Shown: piece after piece, positions 8,922 through 20,071 of the stretch
How the letters are laid out: each line of letters begins with the position of its first letter
Numbering within the stretch: position 1 is the first letter of the stretch
From: Kofleriaceae bacterium
GTDB lineage: Bacteria > Myxococcota_A > Polyangia > Haliangiales > Haliangiaceae
DNA: 64,000 nt
NCBI GenBank assembly: GCA_965215005.1
Contig: CBDCCZ010000054.1
Location: forward strand, 192,001-256,000
Direction of reading: 5' to 3'
Notes under the pieces: generated by a model
The model's database searches: none
What the model saw: the letters and a program-made list of their open reading frames with translations, nothing else
Told to the model about the DNA's origin: nothing
Program-made: the position numbers and the translations under genes

Positions 8922-10142
8922 TCAGGCTCCTTGGGTGCCGAGCTGGGTGAGCTCCATGCTGAGAATGTCGGGGCACGAGCGGCGTATCGCCTCGAGCTGT
9001 GCGTCTGACGGGGCCGCGGCCAGCTGAATGCGCGCGCACGCGGCTTCGGCTCCTTCGTAGAGCACGTTATCCATCTCTTCGACGTTGATGCGCGCTTCTC
9101 CGAGCACGCCGAATACTTTCGACAACACGCCGGGCCGGTTCTTGTGGCGCACCGTGAGTAGACAGGTCGCGCTGGCGCGGCTGGCGCGATTGACGCAGTT
9201 GGGGACTTGGCCGCTGGCGGCAAAGACCTCGGCAATGCGGGCAACTTCGAGCGCGATGGCATCTTGCGCTTGCTCAGTGGACGCACCGACGTGGTGGCTG
9301 CCAACCACTCGGTGGTGCTGCGCGAGCTTGCTTTCGAAGGTGCCTTCGGCCGCGCCCGGCTCATTGTCATAGACGTCGAGCCCAGCCCGGAGCTGTTTTT
9401 CGTCGAGGCCGCGCAGCAGCGCCGCTTCATCGATCACCGAGCCCCGCGAGGTATTGATGAGAGTCGCGCCGGGCTTCATCGCCGCGATGAACTCGCTGTC
9501 GACCAGTCGCTGGGTGTCGCGGGTGGCGGCAATGTGAATGGTGACGATGTCAGCGGCAGCCGCCACCTCGCGCATCGACGCGGCGCGGGTGATGCCAAGC
9601 TCGTCGGCATCATCGGCGGTGAGGCTACGCGAATAGGCGATGACGTCCATACCAAATGCCAGCGCGCGGGAAACCACCTCGCGAGCAATCGTTCCCATGC
9701 CGATGACGCCCAGCGTGCGTCCGAAGAGACCCGCCGCTTTGCCATACTCCTTCTTGTTCCAGCGTCCTTGGCGCAGCTCGGCGGCTTGGTCGGGCAAGCG
9801 TCGATCGCAACCGAGGATCAACCCCCACGTGAGCTCAGCCACCGCGATGGCGTTCTTACCTGGGCAGTTGGCGACGAACACGCCCCCGCGCGAGGCTGCG
9901 GCCACGTCGATGGTGTCGTAGCCGGCGCCGGCGCGAATGATGAGCTTGAGCCGCTGCGCAGTCTGGACCGCTTCGGCGGTGACCCGCGTCGAGCGCACGA
10001 CGAGGACGTCGGGCTCGTGTTGGCTCAGTGCTGCTGGCAGCGCATCCGCGCTCAGGCTCGGCTCACTGATGACGTCGTGGCCGGCGCGCTCGAGTGCGTC
10101 GCGGCCGACAGCTTCGAGCTTGTCGGCGATCAGAACCTTCAT
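8922..10142 (-). CDS. serA: D-3-phosphoglycerate dehydrogenase with C-terminal ACT domain
   Basis: [42 protein letters not shown]; adjacent to serC. Confidence 0.88.
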   Translation of the reverse strand: MKVLIADKLEAVGRDALERAGHDVISEPSLSADALPAALSQHEPDVLVVRSTRVTAEAVQTAQRLKLIIRAGAGYDTIDVAAASRGGVFVANCPGKNAIAVAELTWGLILGCDRRLPDQAAELRQGRWNKKEYGKAAGLFGRTLGVIGMGTIAREVVSRALAFGMDVIAYSRSLTADDADELGITRAASMREVAAAADIVTIHIAATRDTQRLVDSEFIAAMKPGATLINTSRGSVIDEAALLRGLDEKQLRAGLDVYDNEPGAAEGTFESKLAQHHRVVGSHHVGASTEQAQDAIALEVARIAEVFAASGQVPNCVNRASRASATCLLTVRHKNRPGVLSKVFGVLGEARINVEEMDNVLYEGAEAACARIQLAAAPSDAQLEAIRRSCPDILSMELTQLGTQGA

Positions 10143-10251
10143 GACAACCCCTTCTTCGGCATGCGTTACGAATTGAGTTCGGGGCGCATGCTAGCGTGGG
10201 TGGGAGATTCGATCCACCGCTCGTTCGGCCGAAGATGGTTAGGCGGAAGCT

Positions 10252-10506
10252 CTAATCCTGCTCTTCCCAGTAGAAGACGGTGATAGCGATGCAATGAAAC
10301 GCCTCGTCACTGGACTGCGTGACGACCACGTCGCACACCGTGCATTGCGGGTTGTTTGCGAGCCAGTCGGTGACCTTCTCGCCGAGCCGTTCCCGGTCGG
10401 CGACCATGGTCGCTGAGAAAACTTTGACGCCGTTGAACGTGCGTTGCTGTCCGAACGAGGCCTGTCCCACGGCACTGTTGGAAAACGCGGAGCGAATCTT
10501 GGACAT
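10252..10506 (-). CDS. Small hypothetical protein (84 aa)
   Basis: AGGAGA SD, coding-like composition, 15 nt after the leuA-like stop. Confidence 0.7.
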   Translation of the reverse strand: MSKIRSAFSNSAVGQASFGQQRTFNGVKVFSATMVADRERLGEKVTDWLANNPQCTVCDVVVTQSSDEAFHCIAITVFYWEEQD

Positions 10507-10521
10507 GAGCAGTTCTCCTTA

Positions 10522-11796
<1,275 letters not shown>

Positions 11797-11933
11797 ACAG
11801 TCCTCCGGGAGTCGTAGGTGTAAAAATTCGGCATCAACCTACCCCATTAGGATGGCCGGAAACGAGGCGGTGCGGGAGCCAAGTCGGCACAGCGACAGCA
11901 GATAGCGAATGACCCGCTGCGTCATTCGGCATC

Positions 11934-11957
11934 GCGAGGCGAGAAAATCGCCTCGCT
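11934..11957. terminator. Stem-loop after the ABC ATPase genes
   Basis: GCGAGGCGA-gaaaa-TCGCCTCGC 9-bp hairpin, no U tract. Confidence 0.4.
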
Positions 11958-11988
11958 GAGTCGCCTCAGGCTGCACGCGGACCGCGAA

Positions 11989-13059
11989 TCACTCCGCTAC
12001 GTGGCACGCGGCGTAGCTGCCGTTGCCGAGTTGGCGCAGAACCGGCCGCTCGGTGAAGCATTGCTCGGGCTTGTCCTTCACCTGACAGCGCGGGTGAAAG
12101 GGGCAGCCGGCGGGCGGCTTGAGCGGGCTTGGCACGTCGCCCTGCAGGATCACGCGCGACTTTTTACTGCGCGGGCGGGGCACCGGCACCGCCGACAGCA
12201 GCGCTTGCGTGTAGGGGTGTTTGGGATTGCGATAGAGCGCATCGCTGATAGCGAGCTCGACGACCCGGCCAAGATACATCACCGCAACGCGGTCGCAGAT
12301 GTACTGCACGATCTTGAGGTCGTGCGAGATGAACAGATAGGTGAGGCCTTCTTGCGCCTGGAGATCCTGCAAAAGGTTAACGATTTGCGCTTGAATCGAA
12401 ACGTCCAGCGCGCTGATCGGCTCATCGCAGACGATGAAGCGTGGCTCCACCGCCAGCGCGCGCGCGATGCCCACCCGCTGTCGCTGCCCGCCGGAAAACT
12501 CGTGAGGATAGCGGCTGACGGCATCGGCTCGGAGCCCGGTCCGCTCGAGCAGCGCCACGACCCGCTCGCGTTTTTCCCGCGCGCTGCTGGCAAGACGGTG
12601 AATCTCGATAGGCTCCGCGACGGTCGCGCCAATCGACATACGCGGGTTGAGAGAGGCGTAGGGATCCTGGAAGATCATCTGCATCTCGCGGCGAATGGGC
12701 CGCAGCTGCGCCTGGGACTTGTGGGTGATGTCGTTGCCGTCGAAGACGATGCGACCCGCGGTTGGGTCGAGCAGCCGCAGAATCGTGCGACCGAGGGTCG
12801 ACTTGCCGCAGCCTGACTCGCCTACCAGCCCGAGCGTCTCGCCCTCGAAGACGTCGAAGGTGACGTCTTCAACGGCGCGAACCAGCGCGCTCTTGCGCGT
12901 GAGCGCGCGTCGAACCTTCTCGAGCGCGGAGATATTCTCGCCCTTGGGCCAGGCGATCTTGAGGGGGAAGTACTTGGCGACGGATTCCACGGTAAGCAGC
13001 GCGCGCTGCGGGCGAGGGCGTCCATCGATGACGGCGTCGGCGAGGCTCGAGTTGCTCAT
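11989..13059 (-). CDS. Oligopeptide/dipeptide ABC transporter ATPase (OppF/DppF type)
   Basis: [26 protein letters not shown]-terminal CPFHPRC..CH. Confidence 0.93.
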   Translation of the reverse strand: MSNSSLADAVIDGRPRPQRALLTVESVAKYFPLKIAWPKGENISALEKVRRALTRKSALVRAVEDVTFDVFEGETLGLVGESGCGKSTLGRTILRLLDPTAGRIVFDGNDITHKSQAQLRPIRREMQMIFQDPYASLNPRMSIGATVAEPIEIHRLASSAREKRERVVALLERTGLRADAVSRYPHEFSGGQRQRVGIARALAVEPRFIVCDEPISALDVSIQAQIVNLLQDLQAQEGLTYLFISHDLKIVQYICDRVAVMYLGRVVELAISDALYRNPKHPYTQALLSAVPVPRPRSKKSRVILQGDVPSPLKPPAGCPFHPRCQVKDKPEQCFTERPVLRQLGNGSYAACHVAE

Positions 13060-14090
13060 GCGGCGATTCCGGCGGGAAAATGACAGCGCACTTGGTTGTC
13101 GCCCACCGCCGTCAACGCCGGCTCGACCTCGCGGCACTTCGCGGCGACGGCGGGGCAGCGATCGGCAAACTTGCAGCCAACCGGCAGCTCCGAGAGGCTT
13201 GGGACCATTCCCGGGATTTCGTGGAGCCGCTGAGCGCGGCTTTTTTCACGATACGGCGCCTGGTGCGGGCTCTGCTCGCTGCTCTCGGCAACCTCCCCGT
13301 AGCTCGGCACCGATCGGAGAAGCCCAACCGTGTAGTGGTGTCGAGGCGTCTCGAACAGCGCGACCGTCTTGGCGCGCTCGACCACGCGACCGGCGTACAT
13401 CACGACGACCTCGTCACAGGTTTCCGCGACCACGCCCAAGTCGTGGGTGATCAGCATGATCGACATGCCCATGTCGCGCTGCAGGGCGCGAAGAACGTCG
13501 AGGATCTGCGCCTGGATGGTGACGTCGAGCGCGGTGGTTGGCTCGTCGGCGATGAGAAGATCGGGCTCACACGCCAAGGCCATTGCGATCATCACGCGCT
13601 GACGCATTCCACCCGATAGCTGATGCGGATAGCTATGTACCCGCTCTTCGGGCGCAGGAATGCCGACCTTGCGAAACATCTCTATAGCCACCTCGAGGGC
13701 GGCGCGTTTGCGCTTCCCTTGATGAAGACGAACCGCCTCGCTCACCTGATCGCCAACCGTGAACACCGGATTTAGCGACGTCATCGGCTCCTGGAAAATC
13801 ATCGAGATGTCATTGCCGCGGATCTTGCGGATGGCATCGTCGTCGAGCTCGAGTAGGTCGTTGCCCTTATAGAGGATCTGCCCCGCCGCAATTCGGCCCG
13901 GTGGTGAGGGGATGAGCCGCATCACCGAAAGCGCCGTGACCGACTTGCCGCAGCCGGACTCGCCCACCACGCCCAGCGTCTTGCCCGTGGGAATGTCGAA
14001 AGACACCTGATCGATGGCGCGAATGACGCCGCGGTCGGTGCGGAACTCCGTGACCAGATCGCGGATCTCGAGCAAGCTGCCTGCCGCCAT
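13056..14090 (-). CDS. Oligopeptide/dipeptide ABC transporter ATPase (OppD/DppD type)
   Basis: [31 protein letters not shown]. Confidence 0.93.
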   Translation of the reverse strand: MAAGSLLEIRDLVTEFRTDRGVIRAIDQVSFDIPTGKTLGVVGESGCGKSVTALSVMRLIPSPPGRIAAGQILYKGNDLLELDDDAIRKIRGNDISMIFQEPMTSLNPVFTVGDQVSEAVRLHQGKRKRAALEVAIEMFRKVGIPAPEERVHSYPHQLSGGMRQRVMIAMALACEPDLLIADEPTTALDVTIQAQILDVLRALQRDMGMSIMLITHDLGVVAETCDEVVVMYAGRVVERAKTVALFETPRHHYTVGLLRSVPSYGEVAESSEQSPHQAPYREKSRAQRLHEIPGMVPSLSELPVGCKFADRCPAVAAKCREVEPALTAVGDNQVRCHFPAGIAA

Positions 14091-14124
14091 AGCCGCGGCA
14101 ACATAGCACGGGCTCGGTGGGTCT

Positions 14125-14949
14125 TCAGCGCGCCGCTTGACGCTCGCCGCAGCGGGGCAATCCTTCGGGCGGACTGAGCTCGAACTTCTGCGGCTCGAGC
14201 TGCGGATTGATCGAGCGCTGTTTCCACTCGACCATCAGATCCGCTTTTTGTGGTGGTTGCTTGAACAGCGTCTTGCCAGGAACTCGAAAGGACTGCCCGT
14301 CTTCGCCCGTGATGGTCTTGAAGTCGGTGTTTCGCAAGCTCCACAGCACCTTCCCCGCCGCATCGCGCAGCTCGCTGCGCACGACATCCCAGCGGCCCTC
14401 GCGCGCGTCGAGCTCGATCCGTTGTCGTTGCTGCTGGTCCGCAGAGATCAGCTCGAGAATCTCGTGGCCGGCGTCGGCGTCCCAGCGAACTTCCCCGCGC
14501 GCCCCCACGAGCACCGGAGTGCCGCCCACCGCCATGAGCAACAGCTCGTCTGGGTTCATGCTCACGCGCAGCAGCTGCGCGACCGAGTCACGGCTGCACG
14601 GGCCGGTGAGCTGGCAGTCATTATTGAAGTCGACGAACGCGAAGGACTGCCCATCGCAGGCCAAATCTGCGGCGACGGTGCCGCCGGTGGGGTTGAGCGC
14701 GTTGATACGAGCGCGCGAGCCCACCTCGCCCATCAGCAACACCGTGCCCTTCACGCGGTCGCTGCCGAGCCAGTAGTCCATCGAGCTCTCGGCGCGGTAG
14801 CTGGTAGCGGCAAGTCGCCGTGCTTCGAGGCGCGCGATGATCTCGCTTGCCTCGGGCTCTGGATAGCTGCGCGGAATCGATTTGCTGCCGCAGGCCGCGA
14901 AGAGAGCGAGCCCAGCCAGCGCCGCAATGCGAGTCGATTGCATGAGCAT
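14125..14949 (-). CDS. Lipoprotein, possibly LolA/LolB-like fold
   Basis: LFAAC lipobox, beta-rich body. Confidence 0.6.
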   Translation of the reverse strand: MLMQSTRIAALAGLALFAACGSKSIPRSYPEPEASEIIARLEARRLAATSYRAESSMDYWLGSDRVKGTVLLMGEVGSRARINALNPTGGTVAADLACDGQSFAFVDFNNDCQLTGPCSRDSVAQLLRVSMNPDELLLMAVGGTPVLVGARGEVRWDADAGHEILELISADQQQRQRIELDAREGRWDVVRSELRDAAGKVLWSLRNTDFKTITGEDGQSFRVPGKTLFKQPPQKADLMVEWKQRSINPQLEPQKFELSPPEGLPRCGERQAAR

Positions 14950-14991
14950 TCTTTAGCAGAGATTGGCGCGGGTGCCGGGGCTGCAGCCGGC

Positions 14992-15837
14992 TCAAGCAAT
15001 CATCTTGTACAGCCCAAGGCAGATGTCGAAGAGGATCAAGAACACGATGTACCACTCGACACGCAGCGTCCGCTGCGCTTGCACCAGCTCGAGCAGCGTC
15101 TCAGCGGTGTTGGCGATGAGGCTGAGCTTGCGCTCGAGCGCTAGATGCCGTTCACGCAGCTCGTACTCGTCTTCGAGGCGCATATACAGCCGCTCGAGCT
15201 GCGGCTGCTCCCACAGCATCTCGGGCTTCTCGGTCACCTCGACGCGAGCCACCATCTTGTATTGCACCATGAGCGTGCCGCCGAGCTGCTTGAGCAGGTC
15301 TTTGGCCTCTTGCTTGCCGCGGCCGCTCTCCTGCAGACGCGCGGCGAGAGGCTCGATCTTGTCGAACACCGTCGCAATCTCGCGCTCGTAGTGGGCGAGC
15401 ACCACGCTCTTAGCCAGAATTTCGGCCACCGCTTGCAGCCGCAACAGACTCGGCTCCATGATGGCGATGGCGTGCTCATCGACACCCTCGAGCAGGTGTG
15501 GCTTGACCCACACCTGGGACTTTTCCAGCTCCGGTCGATCGAATGGACGCACGATGCGTTCGCCGAGCGCGGCGACGAACGCCTCTTCTTCGGCATCGGT
15601 GGTGCCGAAGAACACCGCACCGCCATAGCGAAACAGCACCACCCAGCCGCGGGTGCCGGCTTCCACGATGGTCGGTGCAACCGCCAGCCGTCCCTCCAGA
15701 GCGCGGGTATCGATGCGTTCGCCCAAGAAGTAGGCAACCGCGCGAAACGTGTTGTCATCGTGCGCCAAGAGCCGGTGCTCGAACGCTTCGGTGGCGGTGG
15801 TATCGCCGGTGAATGGCCGCATAGAAGACTCCGTCAT
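14992..15837 (-). CDS. RMD1 / DUF155 family protein
   Basis: LFRYGGAVFF, LAKSVVL..YE, PEMLWE..YELRER, EWYIVFLI. Confidence 0.88.
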   Translation of the reverse strand: MTESSMRPFTGDTTATEAFEHRLLAHDDNTFRAVAYFLGERIDTRALEGRLAVAPTIVEAGTRGWVVLFRYGGAVFFGTTDAEEEAFVAALGERIVRPFDRPELEKSQVWVKPHLLEGVDEHAIAIMEPSLLRLQAVAEILAKSVVLAHYEREIATVFDKIEPLAARLQESGRGKQEAKDLLKQLGGTLMVQYKMVARVEVTEKPEMLWEQPQLERLYMRLEDEYELRERHLALERKLSLIANTAETLLELVQAQRTLRVEWYIVFLILFDICLGLYKMIA

Positions 15838-15910
15838 GGGTGACGCCGCTGGTGCCTCGTCACCAGCATGACATCAATTGGCCGCGCAAGAGAGTCGCGC
15901 GCGGCGCCCG

Positions 15911-16420
15911 TTACTCCTGCTTGAGGGACTCGGCGGCGAGCAGTATCTCGCGCAGCAGCGCGCTATGGGGATTGTGAGAAAGCGCCATACGCAGGCTCAA
16001 GATCGCGCTGGCGACCTCGCCGGCACGCAGCGCCGCCTGGGCCCGGCGATAATGTTGCTTGGCGCGCGGGCTGAGCAGCGCGGCTGCTGCTGTAGGGTCG
16101 ACATCCCCTTCGCGCTCGGCGTCGTAGCTGCGCGACTGCTCGACCAAATAGCGATCGCGCTGCAACGGATCGCGCAGCACCAAGTAGGCGTCTGCAATGC
16201 GGCCGTACACGATGCTCAATCGCTCGAGGTCGGCGGGGGCTAGCACCAGGCGGTACATGTCTGGGTGCAGGCGCGCCGCCATCTGATGATAGGCGTGCTG
16301 CAGCTCGACCTCGCTGGCGGTGTGGTCGATGTCGAGCAAGTCGAAGTGGCTCATGCGCGCAAGCCGCGGTTCCACTCGCCGCAGATAGGCGAGCAGCTCC
16401 TCCTTGGTCCATGCGCTCAC
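15911..16420 (-). CDS. J-domain protein with C-terminal TPR-like helix pair
   Basis: HFDLL..AYHQMA.RLHPD..AYLVLRDP..R.RY. Confidence 0.88.
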   Translation of the reverse strand: MSAWTKEELLAYLRRVEPRLARMSHFDLLDIDHTASEVELQHAYHQMAARLHPDMYRLVLAPADLERLSIVYGRIADAYLVLRDPLQRDRYLVEQSRSYDAEREGDVDPTAAAALLSPRAKQHYRRAQAALRAGEVASAILSLRMALSHNPHSALLREILLAAESLKQE

Positions 16421-16429
16421 TCGCTCGCC

Positions 16430-17974
16430 CTAAGCAGCACTGGGCGCGCCGACGACTTGCAGCCGCGCTTCGCACTTGTTGCCGGTTTTGTCGTCGCGGG
16501 CGCGCACGTGCAGGATCCCATCGGTATCGACGCGGAACGTCACCTCGATTTGTGCTGCCCCGCGCGGCCCCAGCGGTAGCTTTTCGAGCACCAGCTGGCC
16601 GAGGAACTCGTTTTCGTCAAAGCGCTTGGACTCGCCGCGACAGCAGTCGATGACCACCCGATCTTGATCGGCGCGGGCGGTGGTAAAGAGCCGCGATCGT
16701 TCGATGGGAATCGGCGCGTTCTTATCGAGGAGCTTCTCGACATAGCCACCGGCGGTGGCGATGCCGAGCGAGGAGGGCGTGACATCGAGGAGGAGTGGTC
16801 GCGCGGGTGCATCACTGGAGCGATGGCCGGCGTCCAGACGCCCGGAGAGACTGGCGGCTTGAATCGCAGCGCCTTGAGCGACGACCTCATCGGGGTTGAT
16901 ATCGATGGAGGGGTAGCGACCAAAGAGCTGCGCCAATCGATCGCGTACCAGTGGAATGCGCGTGGAACCGCCAACGCACAGGACGTCGCTGATCTGCGTC
17001 ACTTCGAGCCGTGCCGCGGTCAGGACCTGGCGGCAGACCTCCATCGTGCGCTCGACGTAGCCTTCGATGAGGTGATTGAAGTAGTCGCGGGTAAGCGAAA
17101 ACGGCAGGTCGACGTGGCGGCCCTCAACCGGCAATCCATCGAGGGTGCCCGAGGCCTCGGCCTCGGTTGATAAGTAGCGCTTGATTTCTTCCGCGGCGAG
17201 CGCGAGCCGGCTCATGCACTGCGGGGACGTGCGGGGATCGATGGCGAGCTGGCGACTCATCTCCGCGGCGAGAAACTCCGCAATGCAGCGGTCGAGGTCA
17301 TCGCCGCCGAGAAAGTAGTCGCCATCGGTCGCCAGCACTTCGAAAAGCTGTTCGCGAACCCGCAAGATGCTCACGTCGAAGGTGCCACCGCCGAAGTCGA
17401 AGACGACCACGGTCTCATCGAGGCGTTGGCCGTAGCCATAGGCGAGCGCGGCGGCGGTGGGCTCGTTGATGAGCCGCAGCACCTCGAGGCCGGCGAGTCG
17501 ACCCGCTTCTTTGGTGGCCTGTCGTTGCGCATCGGAGAAGTTGGCGGGCACGGTGATGACCGCTTCGGCCACGATGTCGCCAAACTGGGTTTCAGCGAGG
17601 CGCTTTAGGTAGGCGAGCACCTGCGCGGAGATCTCGGGCACGGTGAGGCGGCGGTCGCCAGCAACGATGATGGGCTGCTGATTGATCCCTTCCTCGACGC
17701 GATACGGCAGTGAGGACAGCGCCAGCTGCACCAGCGGCGAGCGCAGGTTTTGGCCGATGAGACGCTTGGCGGAGTAGATGGTGCTCGTGGGGTCGGCAAG
17801 CCGGCAGGCGCGGGCGGCATGGCCGGCGATCACGCCAGCTCCCGCGGGAAACGCGACGACCGAGGGATGGATGCGCTCACCGTGCGATCCGAGAGCGAAG
17901 TTCACCCCTTGAGGCGTGGCCACCGCTGCAACCGAGTTGGTCGTCCCAAGGTCGATTCCGATGGCCAACGGCAT
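16430..17974 (-). CDS. Hsp70/DnaK paralog lacking the helical lid (514 aa)
   Basis: IGIDLGTTNS, ITVPANF, INEPTAAA, FDFGGGTFDVS, VGGSTRIP, LLLDVTP; ends shortly after IEVTFRVDTDGIL. Confidence 0.92.
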   Translation of the reverse strand: MPLAIGIDLGTTNSVAAVATPQGVNFALGSHGERIHPSVVAFPAGAGVIAGHAARACRLADPTSTIYSAKRLIGQNLRSPLVQLALSSLPYRVEEGINQQPIIVAGDRRLTVPEISAQVLAYLKRLAETQFGDIVAEAVITVPANFSDAQRQATKEAGRLAGLEVLRLINEPTAAALAYGYGQRLDETVVVFDFGGGTFDVSILRVREQLFEVLATDGDYFLGGDDLDRCIAEFLAAEMSRQLAIDPRTSPQCMSRLALAAEEIKRYLSTEAEASGTLDGLPVEGRHVDLPFSLTRDYFNHLIEGYVERTMEVCRQVLTAARLEVTQISDVLCVGGSTRIPLVRDRLAQLFGRYPSIDINPDEVVAQGAAIQAASLSGRLDAGHRSSDAPARPLLLDVTPSSLGIATAGGYVEKLLDKNAPIPIERSRLFTTARADQDRVVIDCCRGESKRFDENEFLGQLVLEKLPLGPRGAAQIEVTFRVDTDGILHVRARDDKTGNKCEARLQVVGAPSAA

Positions 17975-18141
17975 GAAGCGTCTCGAGTATCGCCCGAGCC
18001 GACGCGGCGGCGCAAAGGCTCCGCGCCCAGCGGCTGCGTTGCCTACCCCAGAGCCGGCGTGCGTCGGAACGGGGAGCGTGCAACTGGGGCCGATAAACAC
18101 TTGCTCCGTGCGCGTTGGCTGCGTATCTTACGCGCCCTCTC

Positions 18142-18214
18142 GCCGGGGTAGCTCAGTCGGTAGAGCGGGGGTCTCATAAGCCCTGTGTCGGCGGTTCAAA
18201 TCCGCCCCTCGGCA
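18142..18214 (+). tRNA. tRNA with CAT anticodon (elongator Met or Ile2)
   Basis: GCCGGGG/CCTCGGC acceptor, AGCTCAGTCGGTAGAGC D-arm, CT-CAT-AA loop, GGTTCAAATCC T-arm; G1-C72, so not initiator. Confidence 0.92.
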
Positions 18215-18274
18215 CCGCGTTTGGTGCAGAACCCAGCGCCGCCAATCGGGCGGCGCTGGATGGCTCCGAGTCTA

Positions 18275-18312
18275 TTGACATCAAATCCGTGACAGGTAAA
18301 CGTGTCTGTCAC
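18275..18312 (+). promoter_or_regulatory. Putative sigma70 promoter of tRNA-Gln with overlapping inverted repeat
   Basis: Perfect TTGACA at 18275, TAAACG about 16 nt later; GTGACAG-N10-CTGTCAC spans the -10 region. Confidence 0.5.
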
Positions 18313-18329
18313 CCCCCGGAAGGGGCCAT

Positions 18330-18402
<73 letters not shown>

Positions 18403-18411
18403 GAAGAATCC

Positions 18412-18810
18412 ATGAAGATACAGAAAAGCAACCGCCTCTTCTTTGGGTGCAAGATCGACAGCAAACTGCGCGAGGCGTTGGCGCAGGCCAAGCCCGGCGA
18501 TAAGCGCTATTTCGAAGATCCCGAAGCACCGTTTCTCCGCATCGTGCTGGTCGAGGAAGAGCGCTGGATCGGCAAAGTCATCGGTGCCGGCATCAACGTC
18601 ACCGAGGTTGAGGACATTCAGCGCAACGTCACGTCAATTCTGCGGCGCATCGCGCCCAACGTGCGTCACTCGCCCACGGCGGTGAAGATTTTCGTCGTGG
18701 ATGAGCTGGCTGGCGACGAGGTCATTGACCCGGTCCCGGTCCCGGTCGTTGACGATGCCGAGGTCCCCGAAGCGGCCGAGTCGACGGGGCCCTACATCGC
18801 GGATTATTAG
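18412..18810 (+). CDS. Hypothetical protein with acidic tail (132 aa)
   Basis: ATG 11 nt after tRNA-Gln; strong coding-like codon usage. Confidence 0.75.
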   Translation: MKIQKSNRLFFGCKIDSKLREALAQAKPGDKRYFEDPEAPFLRIVLVEEERWIGKVIGAGINVTEVEDIQRNVTSILRRIAPNVRHSPTAVKIFVVDELAGDEVIDPVPVPVVDDAEVPEAAESTGPYIADY

Positions 18811-18814
18811 CCAG

Positions 18815-19059
18815 TAGTGGTTTACGGCGTAAGTCGTAAACCGCAAGCAAAGCAACAATCGATTGGGGAGACGCCGAAGGGGGCACGTGAGCAGCAGAAG
18901 TCTGCCGCCCTTGCCCCGCATCGGGGCGGCGGATTTCTGCGTCACGAATCCCGCGGCGGCGTACTAGCTCGTTGAGCCTGCCTCAGGCGGCTCGAAGAGT
19001 ATCTCGGCGTTCTGCTGCGCGTTTCCACACGACGTGCGCTACAGGCGGGACCGCCGCGT
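18815..19059 (+). repeat. Dispersed structured intergenic repeat, copy 2 (longest; core 18815-18960)
   Basis: 12-bp hairpin with GTAA loop, conserved GGGGAGACGCCGAA core, 17-bp hairpin at about 18894-18940; similar to copies 1 and 3. Confidence 0.85.
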
Positions 19060-19989
19060 TCAGTGAGCGCGGGTCGACTGCAGCTCGTAAGCCAGGCCCC
19101 AACGGACGCCCCGGTCGCAGGCGATGACTTCACTGGCGCCCATCTTGTGGACGAGGCGAGCGAAGATGGCGACGCCTCCAGCGATCACATCAGCGCGCTC
19201 CGGTTCCATTCCCGGCATCGCTTTGCGCTCCTCTACCGAGCTGTCGAAGAGCCGCGCTAGTAGTCGTCCGATGGCCGCCGGCTCGATGCGGTGGCCGTGG
19301 ACCGCTGCAGCGTCGTAGCGAGGCAAGCCGAGCTCTAGCGCCGCCATGGTGGTCGCCGTGCCTGCCGTTGCTACCAGTGGCACGCCGAAAGGCAAGCGCA
19401 CGCCCGCGAGCAGCTCGTCGAGCTCGGTCACCAGCGCCGTGGTCTGAAACGGTGCGGGTGGATCGTCGCGCAGATGGCGCTCCGTCATTCGTACCGAGCC
19501 GATCGGCACGCTCTCAACCGAGACCACCTTGCGCCGCTCGCACACGATGAGCTCGGTCGAGCCGCCGCCGACGTCGGCGATCACGGTGGTTGCATCGCCG
19601 AGCTCGGGCAGCGACTCAGTCACCGCCAAGCTCACCAACTCGGCTTCGCGGGCGCCGCTGATGACCTCGACCTTGGTGCCCAGAATTGCTTCGGCGGCGG
19701 CAAGGAAGTCGGAGGCGTTACCGGCTTCGCGCAGCGCCTGCGTGCCCACCACCGCGATGCGCTGCACCTGATGGGAATCGATGGTGGCGCGGAAGTCGCG
19801 CAGGATGGCGAGGCAGCGCTCGATGGCAGCGTGGTCGAGGACGCCGCTGGTATCCAATCCTTTGCCGAGTCGACCGAAGCGCGCCTCGTCATGCAGCGCA
19901 TGCAGCTGCCCTGGCTGCGGCTCTTCGACGATGAGCAGAAGGAGGGTGTTGGTGCCGATGTCGATGGTTGCAAGGCGAGGAAGGCGCAT
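19060..19989 (-). CDS. ppx: Ppx/GppA family exopolyphosphatase (short form)
   Basis: IDIGTNT, GTQALREA.N, SGAREA, DVGGGSTE, RADVIAGG, GVRWG. Confidence 0.93.
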   Translation of the reverse strand: MRLPRLATIDIGTNTLLLLIVEEPQPGQLHALHDEARFGRLGKGLDTSGVLDHAAIERCLAILRDFRATIDSHQVQRIAVVGTQALREAGNASDFLAAAEAILGTKVEVISGAREAELVSLAVTESLPELGDATTVIADVGGGSTELIVCERRKVVSVESVPIGSVRMTERHLRDDPPAPFQTTALVTELDELLAGVRLPFGVPLVATAGTATTMAALELGLPRYDAAAVHGHRIEPAAIGRLLARLFDSSVEERKAMPGMEPERADVIAGGVAIFARLVHKMGASEVIACDRGVRWGLAYELQSTRAH

Positions 19990-20071
19990 GACAGCAACCT
20001 ACGGCGAACGCCAGGCGCTTGCCAGGATTGGGCGCCGTTGGGTGCCTAGCGGCGTGGGCCGCGCCGCTTCG

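Noticed and set aside
7832..9430. 532-aa ORF as an N-terminally extended SerC
   Set aside because: The extension overlaps serA in another frame; the SD and conserved N-terminus place the start at 8920.
18822..18945. Minus-strand Cys-rich peptide from the repeat (..CCSRAPFGVSPIDCCFAC..)
   Set aside because: No common start or SD across copies, and indels shift the frame; the similarity is explained by the DNA repeat.
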